Shown here in pieces: positions 30,342 to 43,865 of a DNA stretch of 64,000 bases. The DNA lies in assembly GCA_964623775.1 (NCBI GenBank), contig CAZUVH010000001.1, positions 155,745 to 219,744 of the forward strand, read 5' to 3'. The notes beneath the pieces are model-generated. The model made no database searches, had not been told where the DNA came from, and saw nothing but the letters and a program-made list of their open reading frames with translations. Both the position numbers and the translations under genes were made by a program. Position 1 is the first letter of the stretch. Each line of letters starts with the position of its first letter. The DNA comes from an uncultured Candidatus Saccharibacteria bacterium. Its GTDB lineage: Bacteria > Patescibacteriota > Minisyncoccia > Phycocordibacterales > UBA2100.

Positions 30342-31034
30342 ATGCTGAGCATGCAAACACGTCTCATTCTCGGCGCATTATTGGCAGTCCTGCTCGTTAC
30401 GGGCTCGTACCTCGTATTGAGTAAGAGCGGTTCAAGCCCAGAACAAACGATGGATGTCGCAACTACGACTACGCAGGGCAGTGTTCTGGGAGGAATAAAC
30501 ATGGCTGGCAACGGCAAAATAGAGCTTGTGAGCGAATCAAACGGCCCCACTGGTGACGACATGAACCGACTGATCCAAAAGGGAACCGACTACAAAAAGG
30601 CTGGCGACTACGCGAATGCCGCAAAGACCTGGGAGTCTGTATCGAGTATGTGGCCGCAAAATATTATTTCCTTCAACAATCTCGGCGATCTCTACATGAA
30701 TTATCTGAAGGATTATCCAAAAGCAGAGAAAAATTATTTACAGCACATCACGAATAGATCCGATGATCCCAATGCATACCGCACGCTTTTTGAGCTCTAC
30801 ACGACCACGTCCTACAAGCCGAGTAGTACAGCGGCCGAAGACATTTTGAAAAAGGGAATTGCAAACAACACACAAGCGTACGATCTCAATATTCTCTTGG
30901 CGCGTTACTACAAGGCGGCAGGCCGCACAGCAGAGGCAAAGGCGCAGTACGATCTCGCAATAGGAATCGTTACGAGGCAGGGCAACGCCAGTTTGGCTGC
31001 GCAGATCGACGAGGAGGCCAAGAGCGCACAGTAG
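30342..31034 (+). CDS. TPR-repeat protein, membrane-anchored
   Basis: TM anchor and TPR-like repeats (AGDYANAAKTWE, LGDLYMNY, ARYYKAAGRTAEA). Confidence 0.5.
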   Translation: MLSMQTRLILGALLAVLLVTGSYLVLSKSGSSPEQTMDVATTTTQGSVLGGINMAGNGKIELVSESNGPTGDDMNRLIQKGTDYKKAGDYANAAKTWESVSSMWPQNIISFNNLGDLYMNYLKDYPKAEKNYLQHITNRSDDPNAYRTLFELYTTTSYKPSSTAAEDILKKGIANNTQAYDLNILLARYYKAAGRTAEAKAQYDLAIGIVTRQGNASLAAQIDEEAKSAQ

Positions 31035-31360
31035 AAGATTTGCTGCTTTTTCGACGAGTTACAATAGATTGATGGATTCGCCAGTCAATTCATTTCTCCG
31101 ATTTTTCGCTGGTTTTGTGCTTTTCATTTCTTTAAGCTTCGGGATTACTTTTACGGTCAATTCCTACACGACGAAGCAGGACGTGCAGCACGCAGCGGCG
31201 GCCGCGCGGACGCTCATGCTTGAGCAACAAAAGTGAAAGGTAAACCTTTACTTGCTGTGTCGCTCGGAAATGTGAGCGCGCGTGCTCACATTTCACTCGC
31301 TATTCTCGCAAGACAAGTGCCAGGGAGACCCTGGCACAGGTTGAATGTTCAATCTTGGAC

Positions 31361-31633
31361 TCAATCTTGCAGACGCTGACCCTGCTTCTTGGGCATGAGA
31401 TCAAGCTCACCAAGCCTACGCCGCATATCCACTGCCGCCCGAAGGTCGAGCTTACGGATACACTTATCGCCGTTGATCACGTCGCCCGCCAAAAGGTAGT
31501 TGAGCGCCTCATGAGCAGAGGCACGCATCTCCGCTGCGTTTCGGATTGTATTTGCACCATCCGGGAAGCGCGCGTCGATAAACGTGCGCATCCTCAATAT
31601 TCTCTCACTGACGCGCTTGTCGGCTTCTGTCAT
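31361..31633 (-). CDS. hypothetical small protein
   Basis: AGGAG sits 7 nt upstream of ATG at 31633. The + strand ORF 31355-31690 lacks an RBS. Confidence 0.3.
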   Translation of the reverse strand: MTEADKRVSERILRMRTFIDARFPDGANTIRNAAEMRASAHEALNYLLAGDVINGDKCIRKLDLRAAVDMRRRLGELDLMPKKQGQRLQD

Positions 31634-31859
31634 GCACCGCTCCTGCCCAAGTTGCTTTCTGCAAGGGTGATTCCTTGCCGGTCGCATTAAACACCACTCA
31701 GGTGAATGGGGAGTGAACCGGGAGTTGACTCTGTGCAAAAGGTGCGTAGAATGCACCGCAACAGGCTAGAGACAGCGAGCAGGAGTAGGGAAACCTACCC
31801 GTCAGACTTGCCGAGGTCGTACTCCGAGCCCTGTTAGAAAAAGTAAACGTATTTTTGGC

Positions 31860-32351
31860 ATGGCAAAAACATTAGATCAGAAGAAGGAGATTGTGGCGAA
31901 GATCGAGGGCGCACTCAAAGGTGCTGCTTCTGCGGTTTTCGTACACTTCTCCAAGATCACGGTCGCCGAAGAGTCCCAGATGCGTCGCGCTCTGCGCGCC
32001 GAATCGGTAGGCTACACGGTGGCAAAAAAGACGCTTATCCGTCGCGCGCTCTCGGGCTTGGGACACAAGCACGATGACATCCAGATGGATGGGGAAGTCG
32101 CTGTCGCATACGGCGGCAACGACGAAACCGCCGTTGCACGCTTGGTCCACGAGTTCGGAAAGAAATTTACCGACAAACTTACAATCCTCGGGGGTATCTT
32201 CGAGGGTAAGATCGTAGGAAAAGAGGCGATGGTACAGATCGCGACGATCCCGCCGATGCAGACGCTTCGCGCTATGTTTGCGCAGGTGATCAATTCGCCG
32301 CGTCAGCGTTTTGCAATGGTCTTGAGTGAGGTAGCGAAGAAAAAAAATTAA
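31860..32351 (+). CDS. rplJ: 50S ribosomal protein L10
   Basis: L10 family, 163 aa. Directly precedes rplL. Confidence 0.9.
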   Translation: MAKTLDQKKEIVAKIEGALKGAASAVFVHFSKITVAEESQMRRALRAESVGYTVAKKTLIRRALSGLGHKHDDIQMDGEVAVAYGGNDETAVARLVHEFGKKFTDKLTILGGIFEGKIVGKEAMVQIATIPPMQTLRAMFAQVINSPRQRFAMVLSEVAKKKN

Positions 32352-32373
32352 TAGCAAAAATTATTACAACGAT

Positions 32374-32736
32374 ATGACACAGGATCAAATCATCGAAGCA
32401 GTAGAGAAGATGACAGTCGTCGAACTCAACACGCTCGTGAAAGCAATTGAAGAGAAGTGGGGAGTCTCGGCAGCGGCTGTAGCCGTCGCCGGCCCTGCAG
32501 CAGGAGGCGCCGCAGCGGAAGAGAAGTCTGAGTTCGATGCAGAGCTCGCATCTTTTGGTGAACAAAAGATCGCCGTTATCAAGGTGGTAAAGGAAGCGCT
32601 CGCTCTCGGTCTCGCGGAAGCGAAGACCATGGTAGAGGGTGCTCCGGTCATGCTCAAGACGGGCATGAAGAAGGAAGATGCTGAGGCTTTGAAAAAGAAA
32701 ATCGAGGAAGCAGGCGGAAAAGTAACCTTGAAGTAA
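32374..32736 (+). CDS. rplL: 50S ribosomal protein L7/L12
   Basis: Ala-rich hinge and C-terminal domain [15 protein letters not shown] ... GGKVTLK. Confidence 0.92.
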   Translation: MTQDQIIEAVEKMTVVELNTLVKAIEEKWGVSAAAVAVAGPAAGGAAAEEKSEFDAELASFGEQKIAVIKVVKEALALGLAEAKTMVEGAPVMLKTGMKKEDAEALKKKIEEAGGKVTLK

Positions 32737-32980
32737 AACTTCAAGATCACTTTTCGCCTGCGTGAGTGGGGTCGGGAGAACATTTGTTCTCCCGCGCAGG
32801 AAAGCAGAAAAGAATCCGCTTCGGCGGATTCTTTTCGTTGAAAACCGTCGGTTTTCAAGGAGTCGCGAATCATTTCGCGACGACGGCTGGTGGGAAGGTA
32901 ACTCACAAATAATCCTCATAACTAAAGTTATCAACAAAACGACCCCTCACGGGGTCGTTTTGGTACGTTAGAATTCAAGT

Positions 32981-33556
32981 ATGGCCAGTGATTTTTTGGG
33001 TGAATTTATCGGCAATCAGAATCGTGCAAAGCTCCTCCGTGTCTTTGCAATCAATCAGCCCCAATCATTTACGATCTTGCAGGCAGCAAAGCGCAGCGGT
33101 CTTTCCACCAAAACGGCTCTTGAAGAGATCCGCGATCTCGAAAAGACCGGTCTCGTACGGAAGGGGAAGCAGAAGGAGCTCGCCTGGACCTTTAACGTAA
33201 ATTTCAAATACGCTGCCGCTATCTCCAAATTCGTTCATGAGGTGACGCCGATGCGTTATGACAACGTGATTCTGGCCATTCGCCGCTCGGGAAGACCGAC
33301 TGCCGTGATCCTCTCTGGCTGTTTCGTAGGCGACCCGACGAGGCCGACCGATATCATCATTGCAGCCGACGGTCTCAATCAGGACAAGCTTGAGAAGGTT
33401 GTGAGCGGCCTCGAATCTGTCTATGGACGAGAGCTTCGCTACGCTGCGTTCTCCACACCTGAGTTCCGCTATCGACTCACAGTAGAGGATCGTCTCATCC
33501 GAGATACGCTAGACTACCCGCACCTTGTTCTTCTCGACAAGACTCGAATGCTCTAG
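32981..33556 (+). CDS. hypothetical protein with N-terminal winged-HTH
   Basis: RAKLLRVFAINQPQSFTILQAAKRSGLSTKTALEEIRDLEKTGLV resembles a wHTH. Confidence 0.45.
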   Translation: MASDFLGEFIGNQNRAKLLRVFAINQPQSFTILQAAKRSGLSTKTALEEIRDLEKTGLVRKGKQKELAWTFNVNFKYAAAISKFVHEVTPMRYDNVILAIRRSGRPTAVILSGCFVGDPTRPTDIIIAADGLNQDKLEKVVSGLESVYGRELRYAAFSTPEFRYRLTVEDRLIRDTLDYPHLVLLDKTRML

Positions 33557-33710
33557 ATAGAAAACGGCTTATTAGAGCCGTTTTTTTGTGCTTTTTCTAT
33601 CCACATAAAGGCTTTTTTAGCGCCATTTTGAAGGTGAGCGGTGCTATCATTTATTACATAAGGGGTCGAACCCGTTATCAGCCTTATTAGTCAACATTTA
33701 ATAAAATCAT

Positions 33711-34403
33711 ATGATAGTTACGCAATCAGCAAACGTAATCCAGACGTCCTTTACGGACCTATGGTTCACGGTAATCCAGTATTTGCCTGCGATTTTGGCC
33801 GCAGTCATCGTTTTCGTAATCGGCTGGATCGTCGGCACAATCCTCTACCGCGTGGTTGTTGAAGTCGTGAAGGTCCTCCGCATTGATGACGCACTTAAGG
33901 CCGCTGGCCTTAATGATGCAGCCAAGAGCGCAGGCTTTACGCTCGACATCGGACGATTCCTCGGAACCCTCGTAATGTGGTTCGTGATGATCGTCTTCTT
34001 GGTAGCGGCGCTCGACATCCTCGGCCTCAGCAGGGTGACCATTTTCCTGCAGCAGGTTGTCCTCTTGTACTTGCCGCAAGTCATCGTCGCAGTCCTCATC
34101 TTGATCCTCGCGGCAGTCGTCGCAGAGGTCGTGAAGGGACTCGTGACCGGCTCGGCACGCGCATTTGGCGCACACACCGGCAATTTGGCCGGCTCTGTCG
34201 CCAAGTGGGCCATCTGGCTTTTCGCCGTCATCGCAGCTCTCACACAGCTCGGTATCGCGACGGAAATGCTCCAGACGCTTTTCACCGGCATCGTTATCGC
34301 ACTTGCGCTCGCCTTTGGCCTCGCCTTTGGCCTAGGCGGCAAGGAAGCAGCTGCCAGCACGATCTCAAAGCTCCGCTCGGAGATCGCCCATCATCACGAC
34401 TAA
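33711..34403 (+). CDS. membrane protein with conserved TM-helix repeats (MscS-N-terminal-like)
   Basis: Repeated TM helix-loop units. Confidence 0.5.
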   Translation: MIVTQSANVIQTSFTDLWFTVIQYLPAILAAVIVFVIGWIVGTILYRVVVEVVKVLRIDDALKAAGLNDAAKSAGFTLDIGRFLGTLVMWFVMIVFLVAALDILGLSRVTIFLQQVVLLYLPQVIVAVLILILAAVVAEVVKGLVTGSARAFGAHTGNLAGSVAKWAIWLFAVIAALTQLGIATEMLQTLFTGIVIALALAFGLAFGLGGKEAAASTISKLRSEIAHHHD

Positions 34404-34504
34404 TTTTCACAGCGTGTTGAAAACGAAGCCGCCCCAAAAGGGCGGCTTCGTCGTTTATGTGATTTTTTCAAATTAAAAAGAAGCCAATTTGATACAATAG
34501 CCGT

Positions 34505-35206
34505 ATGCAAGCAGTAATCATGGCCGCAGGGCGGGGGACACGGATGCGTGAACTCACGGATCACACACCGAAGCCGCTTCTCATGGTGGCGGGTAAGACA
34601 CTACTCGAGCACCAGCTCGATATCATGCCGCAGGAGGTAGACGAGGTGATCATTGTCATCGGATACCTTGGCGACATGATCAAGCAAAAATTCGGCGATG
34701 AGTACGACGGCATTCGCCTCAAGTACGTGGAACAAAAGACGCTCGATGGCACCGGTGGCGCGCTCGCTCTTGCAAAGCCGTTCCTCAAAGATTCTTTTAT
34801 CGTCACGTCGGCCGACAATATCTTTGACGCTGAAGACGTGAAGGAGGCATCGTGCTACCCATGGGCGATCGTTGGGTTTGAAGTCGACGATCTCGGCAAC
34901 GCCGCAAAGATGGTCGTCGATTCATCGGATCGTGTCGTCGACATTCTCGAAGTGGGGCACAACGACCGCAGCCCAGGATTTTTGAACACCGGATTGTACT
35001 GCCTCGACATGCGCTACTTCGATTATCCACCTGTACCGAAAGCACCGGGAAGCAGCGAGTACGGCCTACCCCAAACCATCGTCGCGTCTGGCGTAGACCT
35101 CCACCTCGTAAAGGCAAAATTCTGGATTGAGATTACCGCCCCCGAAGACCTCAAAAAAGCCGAAGAAATTTTGAAAGAAAGGGCAGGCGCTGTAATGACA
35201 AAATAA
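34505..35206 (+). CDS. sugar-1-phosphate nucleotidyltransferase
   Basis: IMAAGRGTRMRELTDHTPKPLL N-terminal signature. Confidence 0.75.
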   Translation: MQAVIMAAGRGTRMRELTDHTPKPLLMVAGKTLLEHQLDIMPQEVDEVIIVIGYLGDMIKQKFGDEYDGIRLKYVEQKTLDGTGGALALAKPFLKDSFIVTSADNIFDAEDVKEASCYPWAIVGFEVDDLGNAAKMVVDSSDRVVDILEVGHNDRSPGFLNTGLYCLDMRYFDYPPVPKAPGSSEYGLPQTIVASGVDLHLVKAKFWIEITAPEDLKKAEEILKERAGAVMTK

Positions 35207-35292
35207 GCCCTGATTTCTGGGCGGAGTCACCCCCTCGGGAAGCCCTAAAAAGACGAGGTTTTGAGGGCTGAAAGGGGAGATGGGGTGAAGAT

Positions 35293-35321
35293 TTGACAAT
35301 CTATATATAGAAGACTATACT
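35293..35321 (+). promoter_or_regulatory. sigma70-type promoter TTGACA-17-TATACT
   Basis: Exact -35 and a near-consensus -10 with a 17-nt spacer. Confidence 0.6.
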
Positions 35322-35855
35322 CCCCCCTACATATGGTAATTACGTCTAGTCGAAAGAAGCGGCAAAAGTAGCCTGTCTCACGACTCGCTGCCCAAGGCCG
35401 CTACTAAGCGGCTTTTTTCGTGAAAACCATATTGTTGCTCGTTGAAAACTGAAGAGCGAAAAACAAAAATAAACTTCGATCCGAAAGGGTCGAAGACAAT
35501 CAACAATGTTCCATCAGGTTCTCCATGCGAACAGCATGAAGGTCTTTCCTGGTGGAGCACAGGAAATTGTATCGTTGCATTGCAACGATGCGTTTGGTTC
35601 GCTCGGTCGACATGAAAGTAAAACTTTCCTGCGACCTCGCTGCCAAACGTAAAATAACCAAAGCAAAGTAGGTTCGCCGCACCTATTCAAAAAAGTGGAA
35701 GTCTTGCCGTTAGACAGCGGTGAGCACAAAAGGTTTTTCTGCACCTTTTTCCGCCCAAGGCGGATCCGCCTATGGCGGACAAAAAAGCGGGAGAAAACAA
35801 AGTCTCGTCACCTAGACAGTGACGAGCAATACGCGGTTCTTAGAATTCCTAGAGG

Positions 35856-38815
<2,960 letters not shown>

Positions 38816-38921
38816 AAAGGAATTTTGGGAGTCGCGTAATTGTTTTCAAAAATTATTTTTGTGTTTCGCCTTCAGTTTTCAGCGAACAAATCGCTGATCT
38901 TTGGATATTCGAATGTTTTGT

Positions 38922-39027
38922 GTTGGTGGTTTGGCGGAGATGTTACACCCGTTCTCATTCCGAACACGGCAGTTAAGCTCTCCTGCGCCGATGGTAGTCG
39001 TAAGGCAAGAGTAGGTCGCCGCCAACA
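38922..39027 (+). rRNA. rrf: 5S ribosomal RNA
   Basis: ...ccgaacacggcagttaagc ... gccgatggtagt ... gagtaggtcgccgcc. Confidence 0.85.
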
Positions 39028-39043
39028 CAAAGTATTTGAATGA

Positions 39044-39072
39044 AACAGCCCCGCCTTTGGCGGGGCTGTTTC
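39044..39072 (+). terminator. terminator after 5S
   Basis: aacagccccgcctttggcggggctgtt. Confidence 0.6.
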
Positions 39073-39124
39073 GCGCTATACTTTTTCTATGGGCATCGAA
39101 GGTCAAAAGAGAAAGGGGGCAGAG

Positions 39125-39331
39125 ATGGCCGCGCGAGCAGCGCTTCAGGCGGCAGTTCTCGCAGCGACGATGCTTTCAGGTCCAGGGGACACCATGGCAG
39201 GGAAGAGAGAGGCTACCATAAAGTCATTTGAATCGAAAAATTCCAAGGCGATCAGGCCTGGAGCCGTGGCGGAGGATGTGCCAAAAGATGATCCGAAAGA
39301 ACCAAATGTGAAGTTCAGGATTCGCGAGTAA
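39125..39331 (+). CDS. hypothetical small exported protein (doubtful)
   Basis: GGGGG sits 5 nt upstream. Signal-like N-terminus. Confidence 0.2.
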   Translation: MAARAALQAAVLAATMLSGPGDTMAGKREATIKSFESKNSKAIRPGAVAEDVPKDDPKEPNVKFRIRE

Positions 39332-39356
39332 CGGTTCTACCTATATAATCTAAAGC

Positions 39357-40139
39357 ATGTCATGGGCAATGCGGCGTCGAGTTTTGTATACGATCGGCGT
39401 ACTCATTTTTTTAGGAGTTGTCACGAGCATACCGCTCGCCATCATTCTGCATGAGGAGCCCACGTGTTTTGATGGCATCCTGAATCAGGGGGAGACATCA
39501 CCCGATCATGGTGGGCCATGCATCTTACTCGATGAAAATTCAATAACACCGATCGCTAATATCTTTGCGCGCGCGTTTCACGTAAAAGACGGGACGTATG
39601 CCGCAGTCGCATATATAGAAAATCCGAACTCCGGCGCTGGGGTGGAAAAAGTGAAGTATCGAATGGCGCTCTACGACAGCGAGAATGTGCTTGTGGCTGA
39701 GCGTGTCAATACGACACCTATCATGCCTGGAGGCATCACGCCGGTCTTTGAAGGCGGCATCGACACGGGAAACAGATTTGCTGCCCGTACCATTTTTCAA
39801 TTCGTAGAACAGCCGGTATGGATGCGCATGAAAAATGTGGCGAGCGTCGTCACTGTCACCCGCGATCCGGTCGTTGACCAGAACACGACGCCACGCCTCA
39901 ATGCGAAGGTAGAAAATACGTCCGTAGCCGATATCCAAGATCTCACCTTTGTAGCGGTCATATTCGATCCCGCAGGCAATGCATTTGCCGCATCACAGAC
40001 AGCGCTCGATCGTCTCAATACGAAGGAGAAAAAAGACATTGTCTTTACATGGCCCAGTCCGTTCGAGACTGTTGTTGGTCGCATCGACATCTTCCCGGTC
40101 CATACACCCGTGATTGCGCCTCTCAAGACTGCTCAGTAA
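39357..40139 (+). CDS. hypothetical membrane-anchored extracytoplasmic protein
   Basis: N-terminal TM helix. 260 aa. Confidence 0.5.
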   Translation: MSWAMRRRVLYTIGVLIFLGVVTSIPLAIILHEEPTCFDGILNQGETSPDHGGPCILLDENSITPIANIFARAFHVKDGTYAAVAYIENPNSGAGVEKVKYRMALYDSENVLVAERVNTTPIMPGGITPVFEGGIDTGNRFAARTIFQFVEQPVWMRMKNVASVVTVTRDPVVDQNTTPRLNAKVENTSVADIQDLTFVAVIFDPAGNAFAASQTALDRLNTKEKKDIVFTWPSPFETVVGRIDIFPVHTPVIAPLKTAQ

Positions 40140-40144
40140 AGGTT

Positions 40145-41293
40145 ATGCCCACGATGATGGCCAGGTACAGTGGGTTTCGGTTGTTCTCGCACATCGATTG
40201 GTTCATTTTTCTCCCCGCCCTCACCATTTCGCTCCTGGGGCTCGTCACGATGTACTCGTTCTCGCAGGCCAATGCATTTTTCGACAAGCAGATGATATGG
40301 ATCTGTATCGCGATCGGGGTATTTTTCATCACGAGCATGCCGGAATACACCTTTTTGCGCCGCACGTCGATCATTGTCGCTCTGTATGTCGTTACCCTGA
40401 CGCTACTGGCACTGATTTTTTTCTTCGCATCCATCGTCAAGGGCGCGCAGAACAGATTTAGTCTGGGATTATTCGCGGTGCAACCATCAGACCCGACCAA
40501 GCTTATCCTCGTGATGTTGCTCTCGAAATATTTTGCCCGCCGCCATATCGAAATCGCGCACATACGGCACATACTTCTCTCTGGTGCGTATACTTTCGTC
40601 GCGTTCGTACTCGTGTTCTTGCAGCCCGACTTCGGATCATCCATCATTATTTTCTGGATCTGGTTTGGGCTTGTACTCGTCTCCGGCATTTCGTGGAAGC
40701 ATCTTGCGACACTTCTCATTACCATCGTCGTCGTGTTCGGAGCCCTCTGGCAATGGGGATTTCATCAATACCAAAAACAGCGCATTTTGACGTTTATCCA
40801 TCCACTCACCGATATACATGGCACAGGGTACAACGCGTATCAGGCGACGGTCGCCGTCGGCTCAGGCGAGACGCTTGGCAAGGGGATCGGGTATGGCACA
40901 CAAAGCAAACTGCAATTTCTGCCGGAGTATCAGACAGATTTTATTTTTGCCGCATACGCCGAAGAATGGGGGTTTTTTGGCGTCGTTCTGCTCTTCGGAC
41001 TCTTCTCTCTTCTCATTGTGAGGATACTCATGACCGCCTCCCAAGCAGGGGATAATTTCAGTCTATTCATTTCGACCGGGGTTGCTATTTATTTCGTCGC
41101 GCAATTTACCGTGCATGTAGGCATGAATATGGGACTACTGCCCATCACGGGCACCACGCTTCCATTCATGAGTTACGGAGGGTCGCACCTCGTTACCGAA
41201 TTCGCTGCGCTCGGTGTCCTTATGGGTCTTAGGCGTCATGCAAGACCTGCAATCGATGCTCGTGACGAGACATCACTTATAGGGGTATCATAA
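40145..41293 (+). CDS. SEDS-family peptidoglycan glycosyltransferase (FtsW/RodA)
   Basis: Ten TM helices, a large extracytoplasmic loop and a PFMSYGGS-type C-terminal motif. Confidence 0.8.
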   Translation: MPTMMARYSGFRLFSHIDWFIFLPALTISLLGLVTMYSFSQANAFFDKQMIWICIAIGVFFITSMPEYTFLRRTSIIVALYVVTLTLLALIFFFASIVKGAQNRFSLGLFAVQPSDPTKLILVMLLSKYFARRHIEIAHIRHILLSGAYTFVAFVLVFLQPDFGSSIIIFWIWFGLVLVSGISWKHLATLLITIVVVFGALWQWGFHQYQKQRILTFIHPLTDIHGTGYNAYQATVAVGSGETLGKGIGYGTQSKLQFLPEYQTDFIFAAYAEEWGFFGVVLLFGLFSLLIVRILMTASQAGDNFSLFISTGVAIYFVAQFTVHVGMNMGLLPITGTTLPFMSYGGSHLVTEFAALGVLMGLRRHARPAIDARDETSLIGVS

Positions 41294-41302
41294 AAGACAT
41301 TA

Positions 41303-42457
41303 TTATTTCCGCGCGTACAACTCAAGTGTTTGTTGCACCATTGTGCCGAGAGGGAAGCGCGGCGCGTTTCTGAGTGGGGCAGCGGAGTCGTGTTTGCCAT
41401 CTCGTACTTTTCGGAGGCCATCGGCAATTGCAAACCCGTTGCCAGGGCGTACGAGCCGTACGTTTTCGTAGCGCTCCTTTATTTCCGGATTCACGACATC
41501 GGTCGCGACGATAGGAATACCGCTTTCTCCTGCCTCAAGAAGGACGTATGGCATACCCTCCTTGATCGACGGTAGCAAAAAAGCATCGAAGGCGCGTAGA
41601 TACAGGCATGCATTTTCCACGAAGCCAACGAAGAAAACCTTATCATCGAGCCGGTGGATCTTAACGAAGGACTCCAGAGATTTGCGCTCCTCTCCTTCGC
41701 CCATCACGATATATACAAAGTTGTCGGACGTATCTCTACGCAAATGGATCATGGCATCGAGCCCATACTGCACGCCCTTGTTTGCCGTAAGCTCGGCAAT
41801 AGTAACGATCCGTATGGACTCAGGTGTGCATCTTTCGGGGGGAACCATCTTCTGCAATTCTTGTAGCGCTTGTTCCTTTGAAAGATACTCGGGCGTACCG
41901 ATACCGATGGGGATATAGTGAATCTTTTCCGCGATTCCCGGCATTTTTCGCCCCATCTCCTCGTCTATCTTGGAAACAACAATGACCGCATCAGAAAGAT
42001 ACGCAGTAAGCCAGCTGAAAGCGTAAAAAATATTGCGCGAGATGAAACCGCGCTTTTCCTTGAAGGGCCAGCCGTGCACCGTAAAGATGATGCGAGGGAC
42101 ACGGGCGAGTCGTGCTGCAAGAACGCCGAGTACGCCAGCCTTTGAACTATTGAGATGTACCACCTCCGGCTTTTCTGACCGAATGCACTCAAGCATCTCA
42201 AAGAATCCCAAGAAATCGGCTATCGGGATTACGTCGCGCACGAGTGCCCCGAGCGAATGCGTTTTAATCTGCAGTTTTTCAAGCTCTTGCGAAAGCCGCC
42301 CGGAATCGCCAAAGGCGACGACGGGCTCGTATTCAGTGTTCGCGAGCGAGCGAGCGAGGTCAAAAACGTACCTTTGGGCGCCCCCCCAGGTGCCTTTTGT
42401 GACTACAAATAAGACCTTTCGCTTTTGTTGGCCGTTTTGCTCCATAGGTTGATTCAT
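41303..42457 (-). CDS. GT4-family glycosyltransferase (GT-B)
   Basis: EGMPYVLLEAGESGIPIVATD fits the E-x7-E region of GT4. Confidence 0.72.
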   Translation of the reverse strand: MNQPMEQNGQQKRKVLFVVTKGTWGGAQRYVFDLARSLANTEYEPVVAFGDSGRLSQELEKLQIKTHSLGALVRDVIPIADFLGFFEMLECIRSEKPEVVHLNSSKAGVLGVLAARLARVPRIIFTVHGWPFKEKRGFISRNIFYAFSWLTAYLSDAVIVVSKIDEEMGRKMPGIAEKIHYIPIGIGTPEYLSKEQALQELQKMVPPERCTPESIRIVTIAELTANKGVQYGLDAMIHLRRDTSDNFVYIVMGEGEERKSLESFVKIHRLDDKVFFVGFVENACLYLRAFDAFLLPSIKEGMPYVLLEAGESGIPIVATDVVNPEIKERYENVRLVRPGNGFAIADGLRKVRDGKHDSAAPLRNAPRFPLGTMVQQTLELYARK

Positions 42458-42472
42458 ATCCTCGCGTCTGAC

Positions 42473-43840
42473 ATGATACCTAATAATATGACACTTGTGC
42501 CAAAGCGTGAGTACCTCCTCCTTCTCCTGGGGGATATTGCCGTATTTGCGATAGCGTTGTGGTTTACGCTCGTGCTTCGCCTCCTCACCTTTCCACCATT
42601 TGATTTCTTCTGGATGCACCTGGTGCCGTTCTCGCTGCTCTTTATATCGTGGGTTGTCGTATTCTTTCTTGCCGGACTCTATGGCAGACATACGCGTCTC
42701 TTCAAAAGCAGACTTTTACCGACAATTCTCTATGCACAGATCATAAACGTCGTAATTGCGGCACTCTTTTTCTTCTTCGTTCCTGCCTTCGGCATCGCGC
42801 CAAAGACCATACTCTTCTTGTATTTGTGGATCTCGTTTCCTCTCATTGTCGTGTGGCGTGTCGCCCTTTTTCCTCATTTGCGCACCTCGCGCAAACTCAA
42901 AGGCGTACTTCTTGCTTCAGGGCCCGACGCGAAGGCGCTCGCAGAAGAGGTCGCGGAAGGTCGGTATACATTTTCGTTCCACTACATCATCGACACAGCA
43001 TCAGCTCCTACGCACCAGATCATTCAGCAGGTCCTGCGTGTAGCAGAAGAAGACGACATCACGTTCCTTGTGGTCGATTTTTCAGACAAATCGGTTTCTG
43101 CAGCGTTGCCCATCATGTATGATGCAGCGTTCCACAAGCACCGCTTTGCACTCCTCGATGTCATTGAGCTCTACCAGGAGCTTTTTGATCGCGAACCTCT
43201 CTCACTCATCAACTACGAGTGGGTGCTCGGCAATATCAGCGCATCTCGTATATATGACACGGTGAAGCGTGCGATCGACATCGCAGGGGCGATCGTCCTC
43301 GGTATTCTCTCGCTCGTTTTTTACCCCTTTGTCATGCTCGCCATTTGGCTCGACGACGGCGGCGATTACTTCATCACGCAGGTTCGTGTCGGAAGGTTCC
43401 AGCAGCCGATCAAGATCATCAAATTCAGGAGCATGAGCGGCAATGACGAGGGTGCATACGATCAGAGTGGCAAAACCAAACTTAAAGTCACGCGGGTGGG
43501 GAGGTGGTTGCGCGTCTTGCGCATCGATGAGTTGCCGCAGCTGTGGAATGTTCTCATGGGTGAACTCTCGCTCGTCGGCCCTCGTCCCGAGTTGCCCGCG
43601 CTCGTGAATCAATACAATGCGCGCATTCCGTACTACAGCGCGAGGTACCTCGTCGCACCGGGACTGATGGGGTGGGCGCAGCTCAAGCATGACCGGCACC
43701 CACACCACGGTACAGATATCATCGAGACGAAAGAAAAACTGTCCTACGACCTCTATTATCTCAAGCACCGATCGCTCCTCCTCGATATTTTCATCATTTT
43801 CCAGACTGTCCGAGTTATTTTTACAGCCCGTGGCTCGTAA
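42473..43840 (+). CDS. polyprenyl-phosphate sugar phosphotransferase (bacterial sugar transferase, WbaP/CpsE-like)
   Basis: C-terminal domain with ELPQLWNVLMGELSLVGPRPE. N-terminal TM helices. Confidence 0.8.
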   Translation: MIPNNMTLVPKREYLLLLLGDIAVFAIALWFTLVLRLLTFPPFDFFWMHLVPFSLLFISWVVVFFLAGLYGRHTRLFKSRLLPTILYAQIINVVIAALFFFFVPAFGIAPKTILFLYLWISFPLIVVWRVALFPHLRTSRKLKGVLLASGPDAKALAEEVAEGRYTFSFHYIIDTASAPTHQIIQQVLRVAEEDDITFLVVDFSDKSVSAALPIMYDAAFHKHRFALLDVIELYQELFDREPLSLINYEWVLGNISASRIYDTVKRAIDIAGAIVLGILSLVFYPFVMLAIWLDDGGDYFITQVRVGRFQQPIKIIKFRSMSGNDEGAYDQSGKTKLKVTRVGRWLRVLRIDELPQLWNVLMGELSLVGPRPELPALVNQYNARIPYYSARYLVAPGLMGWAQLKHDRHPHHGTDIIETKEKLSYDLYYLKHRSLLLDIFIIFQTVRVIFTARGS

Positions 43841-43865
43841 ATCAGGAAAGCGGTACAATAGAACA

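Noticed and set aside
31355-31690. + strand 111-aa ORF
   Set aside because: It has no RBS. The overlapping - strand ORF has AGGAG at the right spacing. Both are low confidence.
33759-34360. - strand ORFs of 138 and 171 aa
   Set aside because: They are antisense to the TM-helix-repeat membrane protein.
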